From Candidatus Aminicenantes bacterium (GTDB taxonomy: Bacteria; Acidobacteriota; Aminicenantia; Aminicenantales; UBA4085): a stretch of 64,000 nucleotides of DNA. Shown here in pieces: positions 19,248 to 30,283 of the stretch. The notes beneath the pieces were generated by a model, which was not told where the DNA came from, searched no databases, and saw only the letters and a program-made list of their open reading frames with translations. Where the stretch lies: assembly GCA_026393895.1 (NCBI GenBank), contig JAPKZG010000055.1, positions 101-64,100 of the forward strand. Direction: 5' to 3'. Each line of letters opens with the position of its first letter. Position 1 is the stretch's first letter. The translations under genes were made by a program, and so were the position numbers.

Positions 19248-20039
19248 TCACGCCTCCTCCCAGAGGATCTCATCGGCTCCGAACACCGGGCCGTCCTCGC
19301 AAATTTTGCGCCAAGCTCCCTCGTTGTCTTTTTTGATGCGGTGGACGCAGCTCCAGCAGACCCCAAACCCGCACCCCATGATCGCCTCGAGCGACAGCTG
19401 GGCGGGAAGGCCGAGCCTGAGGGCAAGGCGCCCGGCCCGTTCCATCATCGGATCGGGTCCGCAGGCAAAAAACCCATCGGGACGGCCGGCGCGGAGTTCG
19501 TGTTCCAGGAGCGTGGTCACTAAACCGGCGAATCCGAACGAGCCGTCGTCGGTCGAACAGTCCAGGAGAATTCCGGCCGATTCGAATTTTTCCCGAAGGG
19601 GGATTTCGGAAACCGTTTTGCCGCCGTAGAAAACCCGGACGCCGGCCCCCTTGGAAAGCAACGTTCGGGCAAGAAAAAAGAGCGGGGCGATCCCCCGGCC
19701 GCCGCCGACGAGCCAGGCGGTTTTGTCCGGTCCGAAGCCGTCCAGGCGGAATCCTTTCCCCAGCGGACCGAGACAATCGAGAATGTCGCCTTCTTTTTTG
19801 GCGGCCAGAAGCGCGGTTCCGCGGCCGGCGACCCGGAAAAAGATTTCGAGTCCTATCCCGCCGGCGTCGTGAAGACTGATGGGTCGGCGGAGAAGAGGGT
19901 CGTATCCATCGGTCGTCCGGACCATGAGGAATTGCCCGGGGGCGGCTTCCGACGAAAGGGCCTGCGATTCCAGGCGCAACAAATGAAAATCGCCCCAGGT
20001 TTTCTTTTGGATGATTCGGGCCGCCGGATCGTGCCTCAT
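19248..20039 (-). CDS. pyrK: Dihydroorotate dehydrogenase electron-transfer subunit
   Basis: FAD/NAD-binding domain plus a C-terminal CGFGVCWSC 2Fe-2S motif. Confidence 0.9.
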   Translation of the reverse strand: MRHDPAARIIQKKTWGDFHLLRLESQALSSEAAPGQFLMVRTTDGYDPLLRRPISLHDAGGIGLEIFFRVAGRGTALLAAKKEGDILDCLGPLGKGFRLDGFGPDKTAWLVGGGRGIAPLFFLARTLLSKGAGVRVFYGGKTVSEIPLREKFESAGILLDCSTDDGSFGFAGLVTTLLEHELRAGRPDGFFACGPDPMMERAGRLALRLGLPAQLSLEAIMGCGFGVCWSCVHRIKKDNEGAWRKICEDGPVFGADEILWEEA

Positions 20040-20119
20040 TCTGGAGACAAAATATCAGAACGGATTCACTGGGTCAATCATCCGCAGTAATCCGCGCCGG
20101 TTTCGGCTTGAACGGCTCG

Positions 20120-20148
20120 TTGACAAGCTCCGGAAAGGAGGATAGAGT
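20120..20148 (+). promoter_or_regulatory. Sigma70 promoter TTGACA-N17-TAGAGT with the TSS predicted at the A of the ATG at 20155 (leaderless)
   Basis: Spacing counted directly from the sequence. Confidence 0.5.
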
Positions 20149-20154
20149 TTTGAC

Positions 20155-20550
20155 ATGAAAAAAGGCTGTTTTCCCTTTTTGATTTTGCTTTTGGCGGCGT
20201 CGGCCCTGGCCGCCGCGGACCAAACGGTCGAAGCGACACGGGACGCGCTGATGACCCGGCTCGCGGCGGGCGGCGACCCCCGTCCGCTTTTCCCCGTTTT
20301 GACGCCCCTTCTCCTCGATTACGCCGAAACGATCCTGACCGGAGAAAAAATCACCTCTCTCTACGGTTCTTCGACGCCGGCCGAATTTTTGAAGAAGCTG
20401 GAAGCCCTGTCGGGCAAGGATCTTCTGGACCTGGGCGCGGATATGTTCGCCTTTTTCGAATCGAAGCCGGCAACCGGGGATGCGGCGAAATGGGATTATT
20501 TTCCGGCTGGCCCGTTTCTTGTCTACGTCCATCCCGGACGCCGGCGATGA
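20155..20550 (+). CDS. Small secreted hypothetical protein
   Basis: Signal peptide MKKGCFPFLILLLAASALAAA. Its stop overlaps the next gene's start (ATGA). Confidence 0.55.
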   Translation: MKKGCFPFLILLLAASALAAADQTVEATRDALMTRLAAGGDPRPLFPVLTPLLLDYAETILTGEKITSLYGSSTPAEFLKKLEALSGKDLLDLGADMFAFFESKPATGDAAKWDYFPAGPFLVYVHPGRRR

Positions 20551-21194
20551 TTCCCGTCCGGCTTTACGAATCGCGCGAGGAAGAAGGCGCGTCTAAAATC
20601 AGAAAGGAAAGCCAGGGGAGCGCGACTTTGGGAGCGACAATCACGGACCAGGCCGGCCGGCTGACCTTCGAGATCGATATCCTCTACCTCAACGCTCTGT
20701 CCCTGTCCGTCCTCGAACACGAAGCCGCCCACGCCGTCGTCCTGCTGTCAACCTTCGACACGGCGGCCTTGACTTCCCGCCCGCTTCAGGGTGAGTCCGA
20801 CCTTCGCAAGGCGTTCTTCGCCGGATTCCGCAAGATCCCGACGTTCCTGCAGGAAGGCCTGGGCGATTGGGGTTTCTATTATCACGGATTTCACCGGAAC
20901 TGGGGTCTGCTTCCCTCCGCCGGTGACCTCGTCGCCGGGCTGGAAGCGAAGGGACGAACACTCCCGCTCGCCGAATTGCTGGCCGGCGATATTCGTTACG
21001 CGGCCCGGAACCGCAAGGCTTTTTCGCTTGAAGCGGCCTCGTTTATCGAATTTCTTCTGGAGACGCAGGGACGGGAGAAGGTCCTCCGGTGGCTCCTGAC
21101 CAACGAAACCAACGCGGCCAAAACCTTCGAAAGCGTTTTCGGTCAGACCGTCACGGCGGCCGAGAGGAATTGGAAGGCCGCCCGGACGGGGTGA
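20547..21194 (+). CDS. HExxH-motif protein (putative zinc metallopeptidase-like)
   Basis: LEHEAAHAVV, with glutamates downstream. Confidence 0.5.
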   Translation: MIPVRLYESREEEGASKIRKESQGSATLGATITDQAGRLTFEIDILYLNALSLSVLEHEAAHAVVLLSTFDTAALTSRPLQGESDLRKAFFAGFRKIPTFLQEGLGDWGFYYHGFHRNWGLLPSAGDLVAGLEAKGRTLPLAELLAGDIRYAARNRKAFSLEAASFIEFLLETQGREKVLRWLLTNETNAAKTFESVFGQTVTAAERNWKAARTG

Positions 21195-21203
21195 TTCGGG
21201 CGC

Positions 21204-23360
21204 CTACTCCAGGCTTCGCAGCAATTCCTGGAATCGGGGCAGGCCTCTCAGGGAGTCGAGGTTGCTGTCATGCTCGTACCAGGCCTTCTGGGTCCGGCCG
21301 AGGCCGACTGATTTCTCGAGGCAGGACAAGGCTTCGTCAAGCTCTCCGGCCAGCGAATAAATGCATCCCAAGTTGTAGAGGAGCATGGAATCCTCGGGCG
21401 CGAGAGCCCGAGCCCGGCGGGCCCATTCGAGGCCGCGGGCTTTTTCCCCCAGGGCGACGAGGCCGTTGGCGCCCATGTACAGCGCCCGGGAGTCGTCCGG
21501 ATGAAGCTCGAGCCGCGCTTCGGCCAGTTCGATTCCGCGAAGACGGGACGTCCGGGCATCCTCCGGGCGTGCGGATTCTTCGTAGAGTTGGGCCATGAGC
21601 AAGGGGGACTGGTAGTCGTCGGGCCGGACGCGGCACGCTTGCTCGTAAAAGCGGATGGCTTTTCCCGTCTCCCCCTTGGTGAAGCTGTGGCGGGCGTAGA
21701 AGTACCAGGCCTCGAACAAATCGGGGTCGAGGGAGATGGCCTTTTCAAAATGTCGTTCGGCTTCCTCTTTCTGACCGCCGAGAGAGAGAGCCACGGCATA
21801 GGACGCCTGGGCCTGGGCCGATTCGGGATCCAGCTCGACGGCCCGGCGGGCGGCTTCTTCAGCCTGTTGACGCACCGTTTCCTTCCGCTCGGAATAGAGA
21901 AAAATATACGACCAGCAATCCGCCAGCCCGGCGAAGGCGGAGGCATAGCCGGGATCGAGTTCGGTGGCCCGGGTGAAAAGCTGGAACGCGAATTCGATGT
22001 CCTGTTTGCCGTACCGGTAATAAAATCTCCGACCGCGGAGGTAATAATCATACGCCTGGACGTGTTGGGTGGAGGTCTTCCCCAAGGCGCCGTTTTCCCG
22101 CGGGCTCAGGGTGACCTGAAGGGCGCGGACGATGTTCCGGGCGATTTCCTCCTGGATGGCGAAGATGTCCCGGCGTTCCCGGTCGAAAACTTCCGACCAG
22201 AGTTGAAAACCGTGGGCGGTGTCCAGCAACTGGACCGAAATCCGGAGGCGGTTGCCGGATTTGCGGACGCTTCCCTCGAGCAAGGTGCCGACCTTGAGCC
22301 GCCGGCCGATTTCCCGGGGCTCGATCGAAACGCCGGCGAATTGAAAGGAGGCCGTCCGCGAGGCCACGCGGATCTTTTGCAGGCGGCCGAGGGCGATGAT
22401 GATTTCCTCGGCGATCCCTTCGCAGAAATATGCCTGGTCTTTCTCCGGGCTCATGTCGGTGAAGGGAAGGACGGCGATCGATGGGATTTCCTCGGCTTTC
22501 AGGGTCGCGCTTTCCCGGCGGAGCATCTCCAGGGAATCCCGGAGGCTCCGGGCCGAGGAGACGCGGGCCCGGACGTCTTTTTCCAACAAACCCCGGAAAA
22601 CCCGGTCGATCGCGGCCGGAAGCCGGGGGTTGGCTTCGACGGCCGAACGGGGTTCGTCTCTCAGGACGGAGGAGATCATATCGGCCGCCGTATTCCCGCA
22701 AAACGGAAGGACGCCGGTCGCCAGTTCGAAGAGGACGATGCCGAAGGAAAAGAGGTCGGTCCGATGGTCGACGGTTTCCCCGCGGATTTGTTCGGGAGAC
22801 ATGTAGCAGATCGTCCCGGACAGGCCGGAGTCGACCGTCGCCGTATCTTCATCTCCTCCCGCTTTAGAGGACAAAACCGGGCGGAGAATCCGGGCCAGAC
22901 CGAAGTCGAGGATCTTGAGGGTCCCATCGGGTTCGATCATGATGTTGCCGGGTTTCAGGTCGCGATGAATGATGCCGCGGTCATGGGCGGCGGCGACGGC
23001 TTCGGTCAGGGGGAAAGCGATGGCCAGGAGCCGGTCGAATTCGAGCCCGCCGGGGACGATGAGATTCGTCAGCGGGGTTCCTTCAATCAGCTCCATGGTG
23101 TAGAAAAACATCCCCTCGGCTTCGTCGATGGAATAGATCGTGACGATGTTGGGATGGCGGAGGGCGGCGACGGCCCTGGCTTCGCGTTCCAGCAAGGCCT
23201 TCCGCTCGGGCGCAAGGAACTGGCTTTCTTCCAGGAATTTGATCGCGACGTCGCGTTCTAGACGCAGATCGCGGGCTTTCCAAACGACTCCCATCCCGCC
23301 TTCGCCGATTTTTTCAGTCAGGCGGTAATGCCCCAGGACCGCATTCGGTGCGAGAATCAT
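21204..23360 (-). CDS. Ser/Thr protein kinase with TolB-N-like middle domain and C-terminal TPR repeats
   Basis: GEGGMGVVWKA...HRDLKPGNIM...DFGLAR kinase motifs, with TPR repeats in the C-terminal ~300 aa. Confidence 0.9.
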   Translation of the reverse strand: MILAPNAVLGHYRLTEKIGEGGMGVVWKARDLRLERDVAIKFLEESQFLAPERKALLEREARAVAALRHPNIVTIYSIDEAEGMFFYTMELIEGTPLTNLIVPGGLEFDRLLAIAFPLTEAVAAAHDRGIIHRDLKPGNIMIEPDGTLKILDFGLARILRPVLSSKAGGDEDTATVDSGLSGTICYMSPEQIRGETVDHRTDLFSFGIVLFELATGVLPFCGNTAADMISSVLRDEPRSAVEANPRLPAAIDRVFRGLLEKDVRARVSSARSLRDSLEMLRRESATLKAEEIPSIAVLPFTDMSPEKDQAYFCEGIAEEIIIALGRLQKIRVASRTASFQFAGVSIEPREIGRRLKVGTLLEGSVRKSGNRLRISVQLLDTAHGFQLWSEVFDRERRDIFAIQEEIARNIVRALQVTLSPRENGALGKTSTQHVQAYDYYLRGRRFYYRYGKQDIEFAFQLFTRATELDPGYASAFAGLADCWSYIFLYSERKETVRQQAEEAARRAVELDPESAQAQASYAVALSLGGQKEEAERHFEKAISLDPDLFEAWYFYARHSFTKGETGKAIRFYEQACRVRPDDYQSPLLMAQLYEESARPEDARTSRLRGIELAEARLELHPDDSRALYMGANGLVALGEKARGLEWARRARALAPEDSMLLYNLGCIYSLAGELDEALSCLEKSVGLGRTQKAWYEHDSNLDSLRGLPRFQELLRSLE

Positions 23361-23684
23361 TTGCGGTTTCAGTTTACCCCGGCCGGGGATATTTCCGCAA
23401 GTTCAAGCCGATGGGAATTCATCGTGCGATAATCATTATGTGCCCCGCCTAAGATAAGTCACGGGATAAGGCTTCCATGCCCTCACGCTAAGAGCGGGGA
23501 GGACGGCAAGGCCTGGAGGGTGAGCAGGACTGGCGGATTTCCCGCCGCCCGTTGAAAGAAAGGCCGAGGGACAGGTCTAAAGACCTGTCGCTACTTTACT
23601 TAAAGGGGCCTTTGCTTCATAATCATAAGTAAGGCGGGGACAGGTCGTTAGCCCTGTCCCCGATGAAATCCCAAGGAGTCTTCC

Positions 23685-24884
23685 ATGGATGTTTCCAGAC
23701 GGGGCCGGACGGTCCAGGCCTCTCCGATCCGCAAATTCAAGCCCTTTGCCGACGCGGCCATCGCCTCGGGTGTCAAGGTCTATTTCCTTAATATCGGCGA
23801 CCCGGACATTCCGACGCCCAAGCCGATTCTCGATGCCGTCCGGAGTTTCAACGATCCGATTTTAAGCTATGGGCCCGCCCAGGGATTCCTGGATCTGCGG
23901 GAAGCCATCGCCGGGTATTTTAAGGATTACGGGATAGCCCTCGTCGCCGACAACGTCATCATCACTCTCGGCGGTTCGGAGGCCATTCTCCTGGCCTTCG
24001 CTTCGGTCGCCGACCCCGGCGACGAGATCATCATCCCGGAACCGTTTTATACGAATTACAACGGCTATGCCTCGCTGGCCGACCTGAACGTCGTTCCCTT
24101 GACGCTCAAAGTCGAGGACGGATTCCGCCTTCCGCCGGCCGAAGAGTTCGAAGCCAAAATCACGCCCCGGACGCGGGCGATCGTTTTGTGTTCCCCCAAC
24201 AATCCGACCGGTTCGGTCTATTCGGCCGAGGAACTCGGCCGGGTCGTCCGGATCGCGATGAAACATGACCTGTTCATCATCGGTGACGAGGTCTACAAGG
24301 AATTCGTCTACGACGGGCTGAAGCATAAGAGCCTGATGGAATTCGAGGAGGCTCGGGACCGGGTCATCGTCGTCGATTCGATTTCGAAGCGGTTCAGCTG
24401 CTGCGGGGCTCGAATCGGAGCGGCCATCACCCGCAATGAAAAGGTTTACGGAGCGATGCTGCGATTCGCTCAAGCCCGCTTGTGCCCGCCGACCATCGAA
24501 CAACGCGCCGCCCTGGCCGCTTATAAAATGGGAATGGGATATTTCGAGCCCGTCCGGCAGGAATATGAACGGCGGCGCAACGTTCTGTTCGAAGGATTGA
24601 CGGCCATTCCGGGAGTCGTCGTCCGCAAGCCCCAAGGCGCGTTTTATATGAGTGTCCGCCTGCCGATCAAGGATACGGAACGGTTCGTGACGTGGATGTT
24701 GACGGATTTTCGCCTGGACGGCCAGACGGTCATGGTCGCCCCGGAATCGGGATTCTACAGCACTCCGGGCAAAGGCTTGGACGAAATTCGGGTCGCCTAT
24801 GTCCTTAAAGAGGAAGACCTCCGCCGGGCCTTGGTCGTGTTCCGGGCCGGCCTGGAAAAATACAAAGCGACAGTCGAAAAGTAA
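23685..24884 (+). CDS. Class I/II PLP-dependent aminotransferase (aspartate aminotransferase-like)
   Basis: Contains the [12 protein letters not shown] Lys motif and NPTG. Confidence 0.9.
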   Translation: MDVSRRGRTVQASPIRKFKPFADAAIASGVKVYFLNIGDPDIPTPKPILDAVRSFNDPILSYGPAQGFLDLREAIAGYFKDYGIALVADNVIITLGGSEAILLAFASVADPGDEIIIPEPFYTNYNGYASLADLNVVPLTLKVEDGFRLPPAEEFEAKITPRTRAIVLCSPNNPTGSVYSAEELGRVVRIAMKHDLFIIGDEVYKEFVYDGLKHKSLMEFEEARDRVIVVDSISKRFSCCGARIGAAITRNEKVYGAMLRFAQARLCPPTIEQRAALAAYKMGMGYFEPVRQEYERRRNVLFEGLTAIPGVVVRKPQGAFYMSVRLPIKDTERFVTWMLTDFRLDGQTVMVAPESGFYSTPGKGLDEIRVAYVLKEEDLRRALVVFRAGLEKYKATVEK

Positions 24885-24937
24885 GGCGTATCGTTTCCTC
24901 GTCGGGGAGGAATTCCCTTCTTTGTTCCCTTCTTTGT

Positions 24938-24967
24938 TTGACCCCGCTTCCCGAATTATTGTATAGT
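24938..24967 (+). promoter_or_regulatory. Sigma70 promoter TTGACC-N17-TGTATAGT (extended -10) for ppdK
   Basis: The ORF-track start at 24938 spans this promoter; the real start is the ATG at 25007, preceded by a GGAG SD. Confidence 0.55.
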
Positions 24968-25006
24968 TTGGCGTTTTCGGACGCAGAAACCACAAAGGAG
25001 ATGTCC

Positions 25007-27766
25007 ATGAGTCCAAAGTACGTGTATTTCTTCGGAGCCGGGACCGCCGACGGCAACATGAAGATGAAAGACCTCCTCGGCGGCAAGGGCGCCAACCTGG
25101 CTGAAATGGCCGGGCTCGGCCTCCCCGTTCCTCCGGGGTTCACGGTTTCCACCGCCGTATGCGAACTCTTCTACCGGAATAAAAAGAGGATTCCCGAGAC
25201 CGTCAAGCTCGAGGTTGAAAAAAACCTCAGGAAACTGGAAAAAACGGTCGGACAGGCTCTCGGCGACCCGAAAGATCCGCTCCTGGTCTCCATCCGGTCC
25301 GGCGCCCGGGCGTCGATGCCGGGGATGATGGACACGATCCTCAATCTCGGACTGAACGAGAAAACGGTCGCCGCCCTCATCGCCAAGACGAATAATCCGC
25401 GGTTTGTTTACGACTCCTACCGCCGTTTCGTCCAGATGTACGGCGACGTCGTCCTCGACCTGAAGCCGGTCAAGAAGGACGATATCGACCCGTTCGAGGC
25501 CATCATCGAACAAAAAAAGCGCGAGCGGGGCATCCGCGGCGATACCGATTTGTCCGCCGACGATCTGAAAGACCTGGTGGTTCGCTTCAAAGCCGCCATC
25601 AAGGCCAAGACCGGCCATGACTTCCCCGAAGATCCGATGAAACAGCTTTGGGGCGCCGTCGGCGCGGTGTTCAACTCCTGGATGAACGACCGGGCCATCG
25701 CCTACCGCAAAATGTACGACATCCCCGAGTCCTGGGGGACCGCGGTCAACGTCCAGTTGATGGTCTTCGGCAACATGGGCAACGACTCGGGCACGGGCGT
25801 GGCGTTCACCCGGGACGCGGCGACCGGCGAAAATACGTTCTACGGCGAATACTTGATGGACGCCCAGGGCGAGGACGTCGTGGCCGGCACCCGGACGCCG
25901 CTCCCGATCGCCGATCTGAAAAAGGACGACGCGAAGTCTTACGCCCACCTGGAAAAAATCCGCCACATTCTCGAAAATCATTACACCGACATGATGGACA
26001 TCGAATTCACCATCCAGCAAGGGAAGCTCTATATGCTCCAATGCCGGGTGGGAAAACGCACGGCCTTCGCGGCCATCAAAATTGCCGTCGACATGGTCGA
26101 TGAAAAATTAATCGGCGAGAAAGATGCCCTGACCCGGATCGAACCCGACCAGTTGAACCAACTTCTCCGGCCGATCTTCGACCCCGCCGAAAAAGCCGCG
26201 GCGATCAAAACGGGCCGATTGATGGCCAAAGGTCTCAACGCCGGTCCCGGCGCGGCCTCCGGCCGGATCGTTTTCAATTCCGTCGACGCCGAAGCCTGGG
26301 CCCAACGAGGCGAGAAGGTCATCCTGACCCGGATCGAGACTTCGCCCGAAGACATCAAGGGTATGAACGCGGCCGAAGGGATTCTCACGGCCCGCGGCGG
26401 CATGACCTCCCATGCCGCCCTCGTCGCCCGGCAGATGGGCCGGGTTTGCGTGGCCGGATGCAGCGAATTGGCGATCGATTACGCAAAACATACGATGACG
26501 GTCAAAGGACGGTCGCTCCACGAAGGCGACTGGATCTCGATCGACGGGACGACCGGAGAGGTCATCGAGGGCCGGGTTCAAACCAAGCCCTCCGAGGTCC
26601 TCCAGGTCCTGATCGAAAAAACGCTCGCTCCGAAAGACGCGCCCGTCTATCAAACCTTCGCCAAGGTCATGACCTGGGCGGATAAGTTCCGGACCCTGAA
26701 GATCCGGACCAACGCCGACCAGCCCGACCAATCGGCCAACGCCCTCGCTTTCGGGGCGGAGGGCATCGGCCTCTGCCGGACCGAGCACATGTTTTTCGGC
26801 GAGGGCAAGATCGGCCCGATGCGGGAGATGATTCTGGCCGACACGGTCGAGGAACGGAAGGCCGCCCTGGCCAAGCTCCTCCCGCTCCAGCGGCACGATT
26901 TCGCCGGCATTTTCGAGGTCATGAACGGCCGGCCGGTCACCATCCGGACGATCGACCCGCCGCTGCACGAATTCCTGCCCCACTCCGAAAAGGACCAGCG
27001 CGCCCTGGCCGGGGAGATGGGCATCTCATACGAGAAGGTGAAGGCGCGCGTCGATTCGCTCCACGAATTCAACCCGATGCTCGGATTCCGCGGCTGCCGC
27101 CTCGGCATCATCTATCCCGAGATCACCGAAATGCAGGCCCGGGCGATCTTCGAGGCCGCGGCAGACACCAGGAAAAAAAGAATCGCCGTCGAGCCCGAGG
27201 TGATGATCCCGCTGGTCGGCAACGTCAAGGAACTGGCCGATCAGGAAAAGATCGTCCGGCGGACGGCCGCCGACGTCATGAAGGAGAAGGGCGTCAAATT
27301 CAAATACCTCGTCGGGACGATGATCGAGGTTCCGCGCGGGGCCATCACCGCCGACGAGATCGCCGCCGTGGCCGAGTTCTTCAGCTTCGGGACGAACGAC
27401 CTGACCCAGATGGCGATGGGCGTCAGCCGCGACGACGCCGCCCGCTTCCTCATTCCGTATGTCGAGCGGGAAATCTACGCGAAGGACCCGTTCGAAGTCC
27501 TCGACCGGGACGGCGTGGGCAAGCTCATGCGGATCGCCGTGGAAAAGGGCCGGTCGGCCCGCCCCGGGATCAAGCTCGGGATCTGCGGCGAACACGGCGG
27601 CGAACCGTCGAGCGTCGAGTTCTGCCACCAGATCGGCTTGAACTACGTCAGCTGCTCGCCCTTCCGGGTGCCGATCGCCCGGCTGGCGGCGGCCCGGGCG
27701 GCTATCATGAACGTGCCGGCGGCGAAGAAACCCGCGCCGGTTAAAAAAGCGGTTCGGAAACGCTGA
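25007..27766 (+). CDS. ppdK: Pyruvate, phosphate dikinase
   Basis: YVYFFGAG...[22 protein letters not shown] and the PEP-utiliser C-terminal domain. Confidence 0.95.
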   Translation: MSPKYVYFFGAGTADGNMKMKDLLGGKGANLAEMAGLGLPVPPGFTVSTAVCELFYRNKKRIPETVKLEVEKNLRKLEKTVGQALGDPKDPLLVSIRSGARASMPGMMDTILNLGLNEKTVAALIAKTNNPRFVYDSYRRFVQMYGDVVLDLKPVKKDDIDPFEAIIEQKKRERGIRGDTDLSADDLKDLVVRFKAAIKAKTGHDFPEDPMKQLWGAVGAVFNSWMNDRAIAYRKMYDIPESWGTAVNVQLMVFGNMGNDSGTGVAFTRDAATGENTFYGEYLMDAQGEDVVAGTRTPLPIADLKKDDAKSYAHLEKIRHILENHYTDMMDIEFTIQQGKLYMLQCRVGKRTAFAAIKIAVDMVDEKLIGEKDALTRIEPDQLNQLLRPIFDPAEKAAAIKTGRLMAKGLNAGPGAASGRIVFNSVDAEAWAQRGEKVILTRIETSPEDIKGMNAAEGILTARGGMTSHAALVARQMGRVCVAGCSELAIDYAKHTMTVKGRSLHEGDWISIDGTTGEVIEGRVQTKPSEVLQVLIEKTLAPKDAPVYQTFAKVMTWADKFRTLKIRTNADQPDQSANALAFGAEGIGLCRTEHMFFGEGKIGPMREMILADTVEERKAALAKLLPLQRHDFAGIFEVMNGRPVTIRTIDPPLHEFLPHSEKDQRALAGEMGISYEKVKARVDSLHEFNPMLGFRGCRLGIIYPEITEMQARAIFEAAADTRKKRIAVEPEVMIPLVGNVKELADQEKIVRRTAADVMKEKGVKFKYLVGTMIEVPRGAITADEIAAVAEFFSFGTNDLTQMAMGVSRDDAARFLIPYVEREIYAKDPFEVLDRDGVGKLMRIAVEKGRSARPGIKLGICGEHGGEPSSVEFCHQIGLNYVSCSPFRVPIARLAAARAAIMNVPAAKKPAPVKKAVRKR

Positions 27767-27824
27767 ACTTTCGGACGCCTGCTTCGTATCCGCCATCGGG
27801 GAAAAACGATCGAAGGAGGATCCC

Positions 27825-28016
27825 ATGGCCGTTTGTCCGCATTGTAAAAAGCATGTGAGTCTCGACATCGCTCACCGGGAATTCGCCGATTCCTTGGAAG
27901 TGCACAAAGAGTTGGTCGGCCTCATGAAGAAGGAAATTATGTATTCTTGTCCTCATTGTGATTCCATCCTGGGTTTCGGTTTCTTTTTGGGCGGTATGGC
28001 GACCGGGAGGCCTTAA
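27825..28016 (+). CDS. Small zinc-ribbon protein (two CPHC motifs)
   Basis: 63 aa; an AGGAGG SD 6 nt upstream; CPHC...CPHC motifs. Confidence 0.5.
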   Translation: MAVCPHCKKHVSLDIAHREFADSLEVHKELVGLMKKEIMYSCPHCDSILGFGFFLGGMATGRP

Positions 28017-28020
28017 AACC

Positions 28021-28395
28021 CTACGCCCGGCCCGGAGGCAGGATTTCGAGCCAGTAGCCGTCCGGGTCCTCGATGAAGTAGATTCCCATTTTGGGATTTT
28101 CGAAGCAGACGACCTCCATGGCTTTGTGCCGCCGGAAGGCCTCGTCGTAATCGTCCGTCCGGAAGGCGAGGTGGATCTCGTTGTCGCCCAGGTTGTATTT
28201 TTTCGCCCGGTCCCGAAGCCAGGTCAATTCGAGGCGGTGGGCGGTTTGTCCGTCGCCGAGAAAGACGAGGATGAAACTCCCGTCTTCCGGCGCAATCCGG
28301 CGGACCTCCCCGAGGCCGAGGGCTTCCCCGTAAAATTTCAGACTCTTGGGGAGGTCGAACACGTTGATATTGTTGTGGGCGAACGTAAAGGCCAC
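28021..28395 (-). CDS. VOC/glyoxalase family protein
   Basis: Glyoxalase-type fold signature HLAFRTDD... Confidence 0.8.
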   Translation of the reverse strand: MAFTFAHNNINVFDLPKSLKFYGEALGLGEVRRIAPEDGSFILVFLGDGQTAHRLELTWLRDRAKKYNLGDNEIHLAFRTDDYDEAFRRHKAMEVVCFENPKMGIYFIEDPDGYWLEILPPGRA

Positions 28396-28413
28396 GGTTT
28401 TTCCGTGCCTGGG

Positions 28414-29019
28414 TCAGCGGAACCGGAAATCGCGCGTCGTCCGGAGAACGAGTTCCTGGATCAGGTCGCCGTAGGCCCGTTCGGGATCCTGGGCGTCGAA
28501 GACGACATCCCCGCCCTTAAAAACGCTGACGTTGGCCACGTCCATGCGGACCCGGGCGGAATCCGCCCAGAACGTCGTCCCGTCATGGGTGTCCAGCAAC
28601 TTAGCGGACATGACGACATCCACGTCGACCGAGGCCTGGATCGAACCGATGATGATCGAGGCGAGGTCGACGCGCGGTCGGATCTTGGAGAAATCGAGGG
28701 TGCCGATCAGGACGGCATCCACGTTGTACCGTTTTCCGAGGGTGTCCAGCGCTTCCGGGGTGAGACGGTACGATCCATACTCCCCCAGGACCATGTTGGA
28801 AGGACCAAGTTCTTTGATCCGGGCCCGGGGTTGGGAGCGAAGCAGGACTTCCAGAAAGACCTGGCCGGCGTAATCGGAGATGTTGCCCCGGGTGCGGCTG
28901 TCGAAGCCGATGAAACCGATAGTGCCGAGGCGCTCGAGGTTGAGGCGGGGGGAAAACAAACATCCGACGGAGAAGACGGTCAGAAGAACGAGACTCAGAG
29001 CGGTGATTGATCGTTTCAT
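28414..29019 (-). CDS. Lipoprotein, function unknown
   Basis: Lipobox-like LLTVFSVGC. Confidence 0.6.
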   Translation of the reverse strand: MKRSITALSLVLLTVFSVGCLFSPRLNLERLGTIGFIGFDSRTRGNISDYAGQVFLEVLLRSQPRARIKELGPSNMVLGEYGSYRLTPEALDTLGKRYNVDAVLIGTLDFSKIRPRVDLASIIIGSIQASVDVDVVMSAKLLDTHDGTTFWADSARVRMDVANVSVFKGGDVVFDAQDPERAYGDLIQELVLRTTRDFRFR

Positions 29020-29086
29020 GCGGCTCTCTCCTTTACCCCAGTATAAGCGCTCCGCCGCTTTCCCGCAACTTCGCGATGACTCTCTT

Positions 29087-30283
29087 CTACTTCAGTTTTT
29101 CCTGGCCTTCGAATTTCCGGTAGGGCGAGAGCAGTCCCATGATTTCCCGGTCCTTGGTCGGAAGGGTGTCATTGACCACGTGGGCGAGAAGTTCGCCCAG
29201 GCCGGGGCCGAGCATGAATCCCTGGCCGCACATCCCCACCGCCAGGAGCAGGCCTTTGACTTCCCGGGCCCAGCCGACAAGGGGAAATCCGTCAGGCGTC
29301 ATCGGGTAGACGTTTCTCCAAGTCCGCCGGACGCGCAGGTTTTGGAGACGGGGGATCAAGCTCACCATCCGGTGGGCGACCATGGGCAGAAACGAGCTGG
29401 TCTCGCGCGTTTCCAAACCCCAGATGCTGGGATTCGGGGTGATGCAGAAGATGATTTGGCCGGTCGAGTGTTGGAAAAAGTAGTAATTGACCGAGCTGTC
29501 CGTCGGCCGGATGTCGACGACCATCGGCTTGAGGAACGGAGCGACCGGCTCGGTCACGGCCCCTTCATGGGCGTCCGGTTTGACCGGGAGGTCGAGCCCG
29601 GCCATGCGGCCGACTTCCGCCGCCCAGCCGCCGGCGGCGTTAACCACGACGGCGGCGTGGTATTCGCCCTTGTCCGTCCGGACCCCGCGGACGGACCCGT
29701 TTTCCATGATCAAGCCCATGACGATCTCGCCGAAGCGGAACTTCGCCCCGGCCTTTTCGGCCGCCTTCCAGAAGGCGTGGGCCGAAAGAAGGGGGGATGC
29801 GCTGCCGTCGTCGGGCGAGAAAGTTCCGCCGATCAGGCTTTCGGGATTGAGGTCGGGGACGAGGTCGAGCATCTGGCTCCGGTCAAGCCAGTCGATGTTC
29901 AAGCCGAACGCTTTTTGGGTGACCAGCAGTTCCCTGAGGGCTTTTTCCTCCCGGTTCCGGTAGGCCACGAACATGTATCCGCCCTTGTGCCATTCGATAT
30001 CGTCGCCGCGCCGTTCCTTCCACGTCGAGAATATTTCAAGGGAACGCAGACAGATGCGGATTTTCGCCGGGTCGGAATGCGTCGCCCGGATGCCGCCGAT
30101 CGCCCCCTTGTTCGAACCCTGGCCGACGCTGGGCATCCGGTCGAGGACGAGAACGCGAAGACCGCTTTCAGCCATGGCCAGGGCGGCCGGCGTGCCGACG
30201 CTGCCCGAGCCGATGATGATGACGTCGGTGGCGGACTTAGTAGCGGCCACGATCGCCTCCGTCCTTGATCGACCCGGGTTCAT
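29087..30283 (-). CDS. FAD-dependent oxidoreductase (HcnC/OoxB/sarcosine-oxidase-beta-like)
   Basis: VIIIGSGSVG dinucleotide-binding motif; DAO-family architecture. Confidence 0.85.
   Translation of the reverse strand: MNPGRSRTEAIVAATKSATDVIIIGSGSVGTPAALAMAESGLRVLVLDRMPSVGQGSNKGAIGGIRATHSDPAKIRICLRSLEIFSTWKERRGDDIEWHKGGYMFVAYRNREEKALRELLVTQKAFGLNIDWLDRSQMLDLVPDLNPESLIGGTFSPDDGSASPLLSAHAFWKAAEKAGAKFRFGEIVMGLIMENGSVRGVRTDKGEYHAAVVVNAAGGWAAEVGRMAGLDLPVKPDAHEGAVTEPVAPFLKPMVVDIRPTDSSVNYYFFQHSTGQIIFCITPNPSIWGLETRETSSFLPMVAHRMVSLIPRLQNLRVRRTWRNVYPMTPDGFPLVGWAREVKGLLLAVGMCGQGFMLGPGLGELLAHVVNDTLPTKDREIMGLLSPYRKFEGQEKLK

Noticed and set aside
17570-19426. 618-aa minus-strand ORF
   Set aside because: Only its last 242 aa (pyrF) make sense. 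The rest is Arg/Pro-rich wrong-frame text overlapping pyrD in another frame.
21501-23261. 586-aa plus-strand ORF
   Set aside because: Antisense to the Ser/Thr kinase gene; low-complexity.
24956-27868. Several minus-strand ORFs antisense to ppdK
   Set aside because: Antisense artefacts; ppdK is full-length and conserved on the plus strand.
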